A stretch of DNA of 64,000 nt, from positions 286,902 to 350,901 of the forward strand of contig CAVPRW010000045.1 of assembly GCA_963707985.1 (NCBI GenBank). Direction: 5' to 3'. The notes under the pieces are model-generated. The model was not told the origin of the DNA, searched no databases, and was given only the letters and a program-made list of their open reading frames with translations. The DNA comes from an uncultured Nitrospinota bacterium. GTDB taxonomy: Bacteria; Tectomicrobia; Entotheonellia; J063; CAVPRW01. Below, in pieces: positions 20,407-29,431 of the stretch (positions are counted from its first letter, which is position 1; each line of letters starts with the position of its first letter). Both the position numbers and the translations under genes were made by a program.

Positions 20407-20961
20407 ATGGAACCGATATCGAATATTCTCACTGTTCGACAACTGGCAGGGTACCTCAATATGGCCTCGGTTACGATATACCGGCTCGCCGCCAGAGGTG
20501 AGTTGCCCGGAACCAAGGTCGGAGGGCAATGGCGATTCCATAAGCAGGCCATCGATGAATGGCTCAGCCGTAAGCCTGATCGTAAACGCATCAAGGTTTT
20601 AGTGGTCGATGATGAGGCCCAGGTGGGAGAACTGTTTCGGGAGGCGTTACCCGCAACACAATTTCTTGTTCACGTGGTTCAGTCAGGTCGAGAGGCGAAC
20701 ACCGCCCTCGCCGCAGAAACGTATCAGGTTGCCTTTATTGATCTGGTGCTCCCTGACACGACTGGGGTACATCTGTTGAAGCTCATTCGCGAGTCGCAGC
20801 CGACGACCCGGACGGTGATCGTGACCGGTCACCCGTATAGCCAATTACTCTCGGACGCGTTCGAGTTGGGGTTTTTCATGGTTCTTAAAAAGCCCTTTAG
20901 CGGAGAGCAAATTCGCGCGGTGGTCAACGATTTGGCAGGAGCCAACCGAACGCCGGCGTAA
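20407..20961 (+). CDS. Response regulator with N-terminal excisionase-like (HTH_17) DNA-binding domain and C-terminal receiver domain
   Basis: LTVRQLAGYL...TIYRLAARGELPGTKVGGQWRF followed by VLVVDDE...IDLVLPD...VTG...KKPF. Alternative start 20368. Confidence 0.85.
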   Translation: MEPISNILTVRQLAGYLNMASVTIYRLAARGELPGTKVGGQWRFHKQAIDEWLSRKPDRKRIKVLVVDDEAQVGELFREALPATQFLVHVVQSGREANTALAAETYQVAFIDLVLPDTTGVHLLKLIRESQPTTRTVIVTGHPYSQLLSDAFELGFFMVLKKPFSGEQIRAVVNDLAGANRTPA

Positions 20962-20983
20962 GCGACCGCAGTGAGTAGTCCCT

Positions 20984-22150
20984 ATGCTATGTATTTTCCC
21001 TCGAACCCTGTTGCGATTCTTGGCAGGGGCGATGGTCGGGTTTGCCTCATTATGCCCAGCTCTATGGGGTGACCCTCTCTCCTCAAGCCCCAAAGTATTA
21101 ACTTCTCAATGGCAGAGGCACACCCGCGCACAACTGACAAGCCTAGACCTTACCACGGATGGGCAGATCGTCGCCTTCACCACAGCCCCATTGGCTTCTG
21201 AGGGTGAGAGCCGTTTGCATGTCTTCGATCTGCTGGGTCGTGAGCTATGGATGGCGAGTCGTGGACCGAAGATCCTCGGCGTATCTCTCTCCAATGACGG
21301 CCAGTATGTAGCCATCGGCACGATGGATTTTTCGATTATCCTGTTCACCAGAGATGGGAAACTTGTGTGGGAGCGGCAGAGTGTGGGGCTTCCCTATGTT
21401 GCTCCCCAGGGCAAAAGCGTGGTGGCACTTAATGGTGGGGTCACCGGCCCCATCAATACCTTGCTAGAGGTGTTCAACCGCGACGGTCAGAAAGACTGGA
21501 GCTTACGCCGCCAAGGACGGGTTTGGCGCTCAACTGTTTCGGATCAGAGTGATCTGCTCATGGGACTATGGAACCACGAGGTATTGCTCATCGATCGGCA
21601 GCACCGCATCGTCTGGCAGCAGATGCTCCCACAAGAGATCATGGCGCTGGCGATTTCACCAGAGGACGCCAACTATTTTGCTGTGGCGGCAGGAGTGCTC
21701 ACCCCTGTCATTCATCTCTACGAGCGCATGGGACAGCTCATGTGGCGACGCCAACTTCCCCTCGGTGTGACAGAACTGAGTCTGGCACGGCAAGGAGAGT
21801 TATTGCTGAGTTATGGCAACACGATTCACGGCCAACACCTGGCGCTCTTTAATCGTAAGGGCGAGTTGGAATGGACATACCATCTCAATACACCGGCAAC
21901 CGAAAGTTCGAAGGCCGTCATTGTCCCCAATTATCCGTTGATTGTCGCGACAATTGAGCGTGATCAGCGTTATTATCTCCAAGGATTCGCCCTGACAGGG
22001 AGCCCTCTCTGGGTCGCGCCAGTACCTGAACCGATTTTTGATTTCCGGGTGTCGCGCGATGGCCGATATGTCGCTGCCGCTACCGACACGACACTCTACT
22101 TCTTTGACACACGACCGCTCGAAAACCAGAAAGCCGAAATCGAGCAGTAA
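20984..22150 (+). CDS. Secreted WD40/PQQ-like beta-propeller protein
   Basis: Signal peptide and repeated SxDGxxVA / GxLxW blade motifs. Confidence 0.75.
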   Translation: MLCIFPRTLLRFLAGAMVGFASLCPALWGDPLSSSPKVLTSQWQRHTRAQLTSLDLTTDGQIVAFTTAPLASEGESRLHVFDLLGRELWMASRGPKILGVSLSNDGQYVAIGTMDFSIILFTRDGKLVWERQSVGLPYVAPQGKSVVALNGGVTGPINTLLEVFNRDGQKDWSLRRQGRVWRSTVSDQSDLLMGLWNHEVLLIDRQHRIVWQQMLPQEIMALAISPEDANYFAVAAGVLTPVIHLYERMGQLMWRRQLPLGVTELSLARQGELLLSYGNTIHGQHLALFNRKGELEWTYHLNTPATESSKAVIVPNYPLIVATIERDQRYYLQGFALTGSPLWVAPVPEPIFDFRVSRDGRYVAAATDTTLYFFDTRPLENQKAEIEQ

Positions 22151-22233
22151 CTCTACGATCCACGAACAGGCGGCCTTTCCTGAGCACCTCTCTTGGTTTC
22201 GTAGGGGTTGGGATTGTTACCCCGAGCGCGACG

Positions 22234-23133
22234 TCAAGATGACTTCATCCGGACTTGAACTTTGGCGAGATCCTCGAGCAGCAGAATGATGGCTGAATGG
22301 TCGCACTCGCCCTTGCCTGCAACCTGGAGGGCATTATACATTTCGCGTACGACGGCCGTAACTGGCAGGGGAACGCCAAGGGTATGTCCCGCTTCCAGCG
22401 CCAGACGCAGGTCTTTTAGATGTAGGCGAATCATAAAGCCTGGATCGAAGTTGCCTGCAAGGACTGTGGGGGCGCGTACTTCCAGCACACCGCAGCGCGC
22501 CAGCCCGGCGCCGATGGCTTCAACCATGAGAGCCGGATCCACGCCTGCCTTGGCCCCTAGTACCAAGCCCTCGGCCATAGCTTCGAGTTGCAAGGCCACC
22601 ATGATCTGATTAGCCAATTTGGTGTAACCCCCGGCACCGATCTCACCCACATGGACGATCTTTCTGCCCATAGCCTGAAAGACTTCTAGACATTGAGCGA
22701 ATGCCTCTTTATCTCCACCTACCATGATGGACAGCGTGCCGGCAATGGCGCCTTTATCCCCGCCGCTGACCGGTGCATCGAGCATCTTCACGCCTTTTCG
22801 GGCGGCCTCTGCGGCAATGCGGATGGATACGTGTGGGGCGATAGTACTCATGTCCGCGATGATGCTGCCCGAGCGTGTCCCTTCCAGGACACCGTTGGGG
22901 CCAAGGATCACCTGCTCGACGTCAGGAGAGTCGGGCAGACATGTCAGAATCACTTCCGAATGCTCAGCTACTTCGCGCGCAGATTGACAGGCATGTGCGC
23001 CCAGTTTGGCGAGTTCCTCCACAGCGGCTGTGCTACGGTTGTATACGGCCATCGGGAAGCCCTTAGATAATATATTTTTGGCCATAGGGCGTCCCATGAT
23101 TCCCAGTCCGATAAATCCGATCCGCTTTGGCAT
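22234..23133 (-). CDS. garR: 2-hydroxy-3-oxopropionate reductase / beta-hydroxyacid dehydrogenase
   Basis: IGFIGLGIMG, LDAPVSGG, KLANQI, HLKDL. ATG 23133 with RBS GGGAGGA. Confidence 0.85.
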   Translation of the reverse strand: MPKRIGFIGLGIMGRPMAKNILSKGFPMAVYNRSTAAVEELAKLGAHACQSAREVAEHSEVILTCLPDSPDVEQVILGPNGVLEGTRSGSIIADMSTIAPHVSIRIAAEAARKGVKMLDAPVSGGDKGAIAGTLSIMVGGDKEAFAQCLEVFQAMGRKIVHVGEIGAGGYTKLANQIMVALQLEAMAEGLVLGAKAGVDPALMVEAIGAGLARCGVLEVRAPTVLAGNFDPGFMIRLHLKDLRLALEAGHTLGVPLPVTAVVREMYNALQVAGKGECDHSAIILLLEDLAKVQVRMKSS

Positions 23134-23206
23134 ACAGTCGTCCTCCCCTTCAGTTGCTCTGGCGCTGTCCGTCAGATGATGTTCGCAGGTTAACACAACG
23201 GCTATC

Positions 23207-23950
23207 CTAGCGACGGGCCTTTAACGCCTCCACCCGATCCGCGAGACCCAACGCCCCAGCCCTCGCCGGGAATTGCTCGATGACCGCGGAATAGGCAACA
23301 ATGGTCGTCTCTACATCGTGGCTCAGCTCAGCGGTCCTGCCTTTGCCGACATAGGCTTCCATGATCAACCCCGCCGGCTTGGCGTCGATCACACGCTGGT
23401 AGGCATCTTGCGCCTGTCTGAATTCTCCACTGGCCTCCAGAGCATATGCCGTTCCAAGGGAGGCTAGCGACCACAGTAAATCGGTTGGCTGCACCTGTGC
23501 CATAGCCTGCCGGTATGCGCTAATGGCAGCGGGATAGTCCCCTTGCCGATAGCGCGCATGGCCGAGATAAAGCCAGGCGTAACGCCGCGCTTCCCCGGCA
23601 CCGACCTGCTGGGTGATTTGCTGCAAGCGTTCAATCGCTGCCGGTGGCACGGCATCCGTATCCCCAGCACTGCGAAGTTGTCCTTCAATGTGCCACAGAC
23701 TGGCGAAGGCATCTTGTTCGATACCACGAACATACACCAGCAGACCCCATATACCGATCGCACAGGCGACAACAGCCCCAAGAATAATCCCAAGGCTTTG
23801 CAGATGCTGAGTCGCGAAGCTGAGAACGCGACCCGTGAGCGTAATAAACTCATCGGGAGCCTTCAAGTCTTTACGGGTCAACCTCGCACGACTGTGAGAC
23901 CGCTGATCGGAAGCTCTCATTTTTGTCCTTGTCAACTCTCCGGCTACCAT
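23207..23950 (-). CDS. Membrane-anchored tetratricopeptide repeat protein (YfgM-like)
   Basis: RKDLKAPDEF N-terminus, a single TM helix and TPR-like helices. Start overlaps the upstream stop. Confidence 0.75.
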   Translation of the reverse strand: MVAGELTRTKMRASDQRSHSRARLTRKDLKAPDEFITLTGRVLSFATQHLQSLGIILGAVVACAIGIWGLLVYVRGIEQDAFASLWHIEGQLRSAGDTDAVPPAAIERLQQITQQVGAGEARRYAWLYLGHARYRQGDYPAAISAYRQAMAQVQPTDLLWSLASLGTAYALEASGEFRQAQDAYQRVIDAKPAGLIMEAYVGKGRTAELSHDVETTIVAYSAVIEQFPARAGALGLADRVEALKARR

Positions 23951-24417
23951 ACAAATGGGCCGAAAATGGCGAAAAGCACCAAGAGGATCGCACTGCCGAA
24001 CACCATGCCACCCATCAATGGCCCGAGCCCTGGAGCATCGACGAGAAGTAACACACCGGCGAACAGCATCAACACCGCCAGAACGAGGCTGACAATAGAC
24101 ATGGCAGGAATCGTAAAATCTCGGAACAGAGCATTCAGCGTGGCCACCAGCCGGTTGGCCGTTGACGGCGGAGCCTGGTTCATTTCGGCATCACCAAGAC
24201 GATTGACAAAATGGTGCCGGATCTCCCCCTCGTTCAGGGTCGGGTTCGGCCCCAATTTGAGGGTTTCGGAGCGAAAAGTCCATACCCCCTCGAGTCCGTC
24301 AGTAACTGGCTTAAATTCCTCATCAGCGCGATAGATGGTAATGAATTGCCCTGGGATCACAAATCCGACATAATTTCGACCGTTGATGACTGCTTGGAGC
24401 TCCGTCTGCTGCGCCAT
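23944..24417 (-). CDS. Hypothetical membrane protein with two C-terminal TM helices
   Basis: 157 aa ORF, soluble N-terminus and two hydrophobic C-terminal segments, coupled to the TPR gene. Confidence 0.65.
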   Translation of the reverse strand: MAQQTELQAVINGRNYVGFVIPGQFITIYRADEEFKPVTDGLEGVWTFRSETLKLGPNPTLNEGEIRHHFVNRLGDAEMNQAPPSTANRLVATLNALFRDFTIPAMSIVSLVLAVLMLFAGVLLLVDAPGLGPLMGGMVFGSAILLVLFAIFGPFVW

Positions 24418-24474
24418 CGCTTCAACCCCACGTCGATGTCGTCAGAATATCCTGTAAAATACAGCACCCGTGGA

Positions 24475-24493
24475 CTCCCCCTCAAGAGGGGAG
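24475..24493. repeat. REP-like short palindrome
   Basis: CTCCCC-CTCAAGA-GGGGAG. The reverse complement resembles the core of the 50161-50206 hairpin. Confidence 0.35.
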
Positions 24494-24668
24494 ACAGTAG
24501 TCAGGGATACCTACTGACCAAGGCTGATAATGCACCATATCTGCGTATGATTGTCAAGCCCAGGCCAGGAGGTTTCATCGCCGCAGCGACAGAAATGCTA
24601 CAATACCCGGAGTCATGGACAGGGTACCAGTGCGACACAAATCCTCTAGCCCAGGTAAGGAGCATCAG

Positions 24669-25397
24669 ATGGCGGGGATATTGTATGTGGTGGCAACACC
24701 GATTGGCAACCTCGAAGACATCACCTTGCGCGCCTTGCGAGTCTTGCAGGAGGTTGACCTGATCGCCACCGAGGATACGCGCCGGACGCGCATCCTCCTC
24801 GATCATTATCAGATCGGTACGCCACTCACCAGCCTCTACGACCACAACGAGGTCCACAAAGCCCCCGCCATAATCCGGCGCCTGCATGAGGGTCTCAATA
24901 TCGCCCTCGTCTCCGAGGCTGGGACGCCACTGATCTCCGATCCGGGCTATCGCCTGGTGCAACTCGCCATTGCAGGAGGGATCACGGTGGCCCCTATTCC
25001 CGGCCCTGCTGCAGTAGTTGCCGCGATCACTGTGGCTGGTCTGCCGACGGATCGTTTTGTCTTCGAAGGCTTTCTTCCCAAAAAGCCCGGGAAACGGCGT
25101 AAGCGCCTCGAAAGCCTGGGAGCTGAGCTCCGCACGCTGATTTTTTACGAATCGCCACGGCGTGTCTACGATGTCCTTGGCGATATGCAGGCGTTATGGG
25201 GCGACCGTCGCGTGGTCGTGGCCCGCGAGCTGACGAAAAAATTTGAGGAAATCCTCCGTGGTCGGATCACTGAGGTAAGAACTCAACTGGAGGAGCGCCC
25301 GCCGCAGGGGGAGGTGACGTTGGTTGTGGAAGGTGCAGTTTCTGAAGCTCGGCCACCAACGTTTCGTGATTCGGACGATCCGACTGACCTCTGCTGA
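24669..25397 (+). CDS. rsmI: 16S rRNA (cytidine1402-2'-O)-methyltransferase
   Basis: LYVVATPIGNLEDIT, EDTR, AGTPLISDPG, YESPRR, ARELTKKFEE. Confidence 0.96.
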   Translation: MAGILYVVATPIGNLEDITLRALRVLQEVDLIATEDTRRTRILLDHYQIGTPLTSLYDHNEVHKAPAIIRRLHEGLNIALVSEAGTPLISDPGYRLVQLAIAGGITVAPIPGPAAVVAAITVAGLPTDRFVFEGFLPKKPGKRRKRLESLGAELRTLIFYESPRRVYDVLGDMQALWGDRRVVVARELTKKFEEILRGRITEVRTQLEERPPQGEVTLVVEGAVSEARPPTFRDSDDPTDLC

Positions 25398-25815
25398 TAT
25401 ACATGAAGCGGATGCGCTGCGCACGATCGATGATAAATGTGGCCGGCCAAGCGATGTTGAACGCCGTCAGACCCAGCCGATGATAGACCCCGTAGCGCTT
25501 GATCACCGAGCGGTTCAGATCGGCGAGGATCGGGAAGGCAAGACCCCGAGCGCGGGAATAATCGGCCACCTTCTCGACACGCTGGCCGACGATCACCAGG
25601 ACTTCAGCCCCGAGCGCGTGATATATCGGGAGATGGGTTTGCAACTGCTCCAGTTGCGTTCGGCAGTTCGGTCACCAGGTGCCGCGAATGAATACCAGTA
25701 TGGCTGCGCGGCTGTTGAGAACATCCGTGAGCCGAATTTCCTGACCTTCGCTCGTTCGCAGCGTGAACGGCGGTGCCGCGTCACCAACACTGAGGGCTGT
25801 TCTATCCTGCGCCAT
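25267..25815 (-). CDS. Selenocysteine-containing AhpC/TSA (peroxiredoxin-like, thioredoxin-fold) protein, UxxC motif
   Basis: ORFs 25672-25899 and 25267-25644 are in one frame separated only by TGA 25672-25674: VGDAAPPFTL...LVFIRGTW-U-PNCRTQL...FPILAD...YGV...PATFIID. ATG 25815 with RBS GAAGGAGG. Confidence 0.88.
25641..25657 (-). promoter_or_regulatory. Bacterial SECIS-like hairpin
   Basis: GCAACUG-GAG-CAGUUGC, a perfect 7-bp stem starting 14 nt after the UGA with G at the first loop position. Confidence 0.7.
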
Positions 25816-26140
25816 CCATCCTCCTTCGTCACTGCGACCCCATGGATGTATGCGGTATCGGAGATCATCATACGGTACCACGGGCGCAGACGCCAACACC
25901 TTTTGGCCATCTCATCCTCGTTGCCCACCGTACCTGAGTATGCTATGCTCATGGCACCGGATGTGTTGGTCATGGGCGCGATGACTTGGGAAAAGATCGA
26001 GATGGTCAGCACTGGCTCGGCCAACGTCATATGCCTCTCCCCGCCCATCCGGATCAGCGGGTTTCGAAGGGGAAATCACGTGTCTTGTTGGAAGAGTATG
26101 GCAGTGGGGCGTTGGTGGTGGAATAGTCAGGGGGATGGAC

Positions 26141-26362
26141 ATGCCGATCTACGAATATCATTGTTTAGTCTGTAATCGGGACTTTGAAAAGTTGGTGAAG
26201 ACCAGCACGGTGGAGGTGGAGTGCACAAACTGCGGTTCTGAGCTTTTGGAGAAAAAATTCTCGCTCTTCGGCTCGAAGGTAGGGGATCGTGTCGATTCCT
26301 TTGGCCCACCGGCTGGAGAGGGGGGCGGTTCCTGCGGCTGTGGCTCCTGCACATGTCATTGA
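26141..26362 (+). CDS. FmdB-family zinc-ribbon protein
   Basis: MPIYEYHCLVC...CTNCGS with a Cys/Gly-rich tail. Confidence 0.9.
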   Translation: MPIYEYHCLVCNRDFEKLVKTSTVEVECTNCGSELLEKKFSLFGSKVGDRVDSFGPPAGEGGGSCGCGSCTCH

Positions 26363-26381
26363 GCAGGTGCGCTGACTTTGC

Positions 26382-26522
26382 ACGTGGTTGTCGTATTTCC
26401 CACATCCTGCCGGGCAATCTCAAGGAAGGCCTTGACTCTAAAACCTGGCGGGCAACTGTGTGTTGCCGCCGGTTTTCCCTTGCGCCTATGCCCGGCCAGG
26501 GTGGAAGTCGGTCAAGCCACGT
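26382..26522. other. Long imperfect rod-like inverted repeat (candidate structured RNA or bidirectional terminator)
   Basis: Nested pairs ACGTGG/CCACGT, GCCGGGCA/TGCCCGGC, CAAGG/CCTTG, AAAACC/GGTTTT, GCAAC/GTTGC between convergent genes. Confidence 0.55.
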
Positions 26523-26607
26523 AAGAAGGCACATTCGTGGCAGTCACAAGCTTCGTGGGGGAGGGCATGGTGGGATCTCCCTCAGGAGTCAGGCGTTAGA
26601 GGCGTCA

Positions 26608-28167
26608 TCAGCCACGCTGTCGCGCCGAGGTTCGTAAGAACAGGGTCATTGTCAACGACAGGAGTGAGCTCACAGCAATCGCCAGATAGCAGTCACGATA
26701 GGCCAGCACTGCCGCTTCGTCCAGCATTGTCTGGCGTACCAACAGCATGGCCTTGGTCGGCAGTAGGTCCCACTCACCGGAGCTGGACAGATACTCTCTT
26801 GCCGCGATCATCGCTTCGGAGGCCCCGATCGGGTACAGGCTCTGATCTTCCGAGAATGCCAGTGCGTGGACCGTCTGCTGTTTTTCCACAAAAATTGCCG
26901 CCATCGACACGCCAAATGTGCTGCCAAGTCCATTCATCAAGCCTCGCAATCCGGATCCCATCATCACTTTCTCTTTAGGGAGCACAACCATAAGCACATT
27001 AAGCAGCGGCGATTGCAGTAAACCGCGCGCGAAGCTCTGGACGACAAACAGCGACAGAATATACGTTGGGCTGGCCCACATATCGATGTGCGAGAAGCGG
27101 AAAAAAGCAACGCCGATCATGAGCAAGGCTATACTGATCAGCATACGATTATTGACCTTATCGGCCAGCCGTCCGGAGATGAGATTGCTGAACCCCCAGG
27201 TTAGGGCGCCTGGCAGCAGCATCTGCCCAGCTTGAAAAGGGGTGAGCGTCATCACGCGCTGTAGGAACAGGGCAATGAGAAAGCTGGAAGCGAACTCCCC
27301 CATGGTACCGATGAAGAAGATGACCGAGGCTGCGCTGAACGGGATGATTTTGAACAACGCGAGCTCGATCAGGGGGTGTGCCTGGCGGGATTCGATAACC
27401 ACAAAGGCAATGCCGGAGACGATGGCAATGGCAAACAGTATTTGGATATAGCGCGAGTCCCACCCCTCATGGCGTCCCTGGATCAGCGCCAGGAGCAGCG
27501 GGACCAGAAAGGTAATCATGGTCAACAGGCCAAATTTATCGAGTGACACGTAGCGCGGCCGACCACTCTTCGGCAAAATCAACGCTACCGCGGCGAGCGA
27601 AATAATTCCCATGGGCAAATTCATGTAAAAGATCATCCGCCAGTTGAGATGTTCGACCAGGTACCCTCCGATGGAGGGGCCGATGGCTGGTCCAACTGAG
27701 ATCCCGGCCATAAAAATGCCCATGGCCAAGCCACGCTGGTTGGCCGGAAAAACTTCATAGAGCATGCCCATCGACAGCGGAAATAGCGGACCGGCGCCCA
27801 GGGCCTGAATTACTCGAAAGAAGACCAGAGAAGAGACGCTCCAGGAGAGGCCACAAAGCACTGAGCCAACGATATAGATGAGAAGTCCCACCAGGTAAAA
27901 GGTGCGCGAGCCGGCGACAGCGGAGACCCATCCAATGGTCGGCATGACCACCGTGCGGGTGACCATGAACGATGTGACCACCCACTGGATGGTTTCGACA
28001 TCAGCCCGCAGGTTAGTCATCATGCTGGGAAGAGCAACATTCAGGGTGCCGAAATTGAGCCCCTGGGTGAGGATGCCCAGCATCAGAGCGAGGGTCACCC
28101 ACCACTTATGCGACGGGTTGTCGGGTGATAACCACGAGGTCTTCTTCCCGTTGCCCTCCTCTGGCAT
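26608..28167 (-). CDS. DHA2 (EmrB/QacA) family MFS efflux permease
   Basis: Many TM helices. LNVALP, QWVVTSF, FRVIQALG, GPAIGPSIGGYL, WRMIFYMNLPMG. Confidence 0.9.
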   Translation of the reverse strand: MPEEGNGKKTSWLSPDNPSHKWWVTLALMLGILTQGLNFGTLNVALPSMMTNLRADVETIQWVVTSFMVTRTVVMPTIGWVSAVAGSRTFYLVGLLIYIVGSVLCGLSWSVSSLVFFRVIQALGAGPLFPLSMGMLYEVFPANQRGLAMGIFMAGISVGPAIGPSIGGYLVEHLNWRMIFYMNLPMGIISLAAVALILPKSGRPRYVSLDKFGLLTMITFLVPLLLALIQGRHEGWDSRYIQILFAIAIVSGIAFVVIESRQAHPLIELALFKIIPFSAASVIFFIGTMGEFASSFLIALFLQRVMTLTPFQAGQMLLPGALTWGFSNLISGRLADKVNNRMLISIALLMIGVAFFRFSHIDMWASPTYILSLFVVQSFARGLLQSPLLNVLMVVLPKEKVMMGSGLRGLMNGLGSTFGVSMAAIFVEKQQTVHALAFSEDQSLYPIGASEAMIAAREYLSSSGEWDLLPTKAMLLVRQTMLDEAAVLAYRDCYLAIAVSSLLSLTMTLFLRTSARQRG

Positions 28168-28513
28168 TGCGTGAGAGCGCTCTAGCGCTAACTCCTGGGC
28201 CAAGGTCCGGACTCCATTCTAGAATCGATCAGCGCGGGTATCGTCGCCTGCATACTGATGCAAGGAGCGGCCACCACTTCTTTGCATGACTATTCGCCCG
28301 CTGGTTTCGAGGCAGGAAGGGGGATGGACGTCTAGAAGCCGACCGTCGCCATGATCCAGAGGATCGATCGAAATGATCACAACCGCTGGGGTCCTAGTAA
28401 AGCATAAAAGTTTGGATCGGTAAAGGCAGAAGACTGGAGCAAAGCCTTTCCCCATTTCGAGAAACGCGCTACAATACTTCGCAACATTACCCTTGATAAG
28501 AAAGCCCGAGACT

Positions 28514-29245
28514 ATGCAGGTACTGAGTACACTTCAACGGCAGATTTTGCGTTGTACGCAGTGTCCACGCTTGGTCGAGTACCGCACCCGTGTGGCACGC
28601 GAAAAGCGGCGGCAATACCGGCAGGAAGAGTACTGGGGGAAACCGGTGCCTAGCTTTGGCGATCCACAGGCGCGGCTCTTGATTATTGGTTTGGCGCCCG
28701 CGGCACACGGAGGCAATCGCACAGGACGGATGTTTACCGGAGACCAGAGCGGAGACTGGGTGTATCGCACCCTGCATCGGTTCGGATTCGCCAATCAGCC
28801 CACCTCCCATCACCGCGGCGATGGCATGACGCTGCACGATGCCTACATCACGGCTGCAGCCCGCTGTGTGCCACCGGATAACAAGCCATCCAGCGCTGAA
28901 TTGGCGGCGTGTCGTCCCTATCTTTTACGTGAGTTGGAATTGCTACGCCGTGTGCGTGTTGTCGTGCCGTTGGGGAAGATCGCCTTCGATGCGTACCTCG
29001 CGGCGCGGCGGGCACTGGGGTTACCACTGCCGGCGACACGTCCCCATTTCGGGCATGACACTGCCACGCCGCTCCCAGATGGCGTGCTCCTGCTGGCCTC
29101 CTACCATCCGAGCCGACAGAATACGCAAACCGGTCGTCTCACCCAGGCAATGTTCGAGGCCATCTTCGCGCGCGTACGCGCGGAATTGGACATAGACCTC
29201 CTAAAGCCTCAACCGGGGGGTATGTCACGGCATTTTGCACCTTGA
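28514..29245 (+). CDS. Uracil-DNA glycosylase, family 5 (UdgB-like, Fe-S)
   Basis: CTQCPRL, GLAPAAHGGNRTGRMFTGD, RCVPPDNKP, YHPS. Confidence 0.92.
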   Translation: MQVLSTLQRQILRCTQCPRLVEYRTRVAREKRRQYRQEEYWGKPVPSFGDPQARLLIIGLAPAAHGGNRTGRMFTGDQSGDWVYRTLHRFGFANQPTSHHRGDGMTLHDAYITAAARCVPPDNKPSSAELAACRPYLLRELELLRRVRVVVPLGKIAFDAYLAARRALGLPLPATRPHFGHDTATPLPDGVLLLASYHPSRQNTQTGRLTQAMFEAIFARVRAELDIDLLKPQPGGMSRHFAP

Positions 29246-29270
29246 CTTCTCACCTCGCAGGCCCTACAGT
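29242..29270 (+). promoter_or_regulatory. Sigma-70-type promoter candidate for the NtrC-like gene
   Basis: TTGACT-17 nt-TACAGT. Confidence 0.55.
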
Positions 29271-29431
29271 AGGTCATCGTTACACTGTGTACGGCCGCTC
29301 CATCTCGCTTCTGCATTGGACACCAACTACGCCCGTAACAGCGCTCGCAAGCAAGTTGCGGAGTGCTCAGGGAACACGACCCCTGGCGTTGGGAAAATCA
29401 GGTAGGCCAACCGCGTGATAGGATTCGAGGC

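Noticed and set aside
20407..20600. Excisionase-like HTH as a sign of a prophage or integrative element
   Set aside because: It is fused to a receiver domain, a known regulator architecture. No integrase or att-like context is visible.
25324..26175. 283 aa plus-strand ORF
   Set aside because: Mostly antisense to the selenoprotein gene and has no recognisable motifs.
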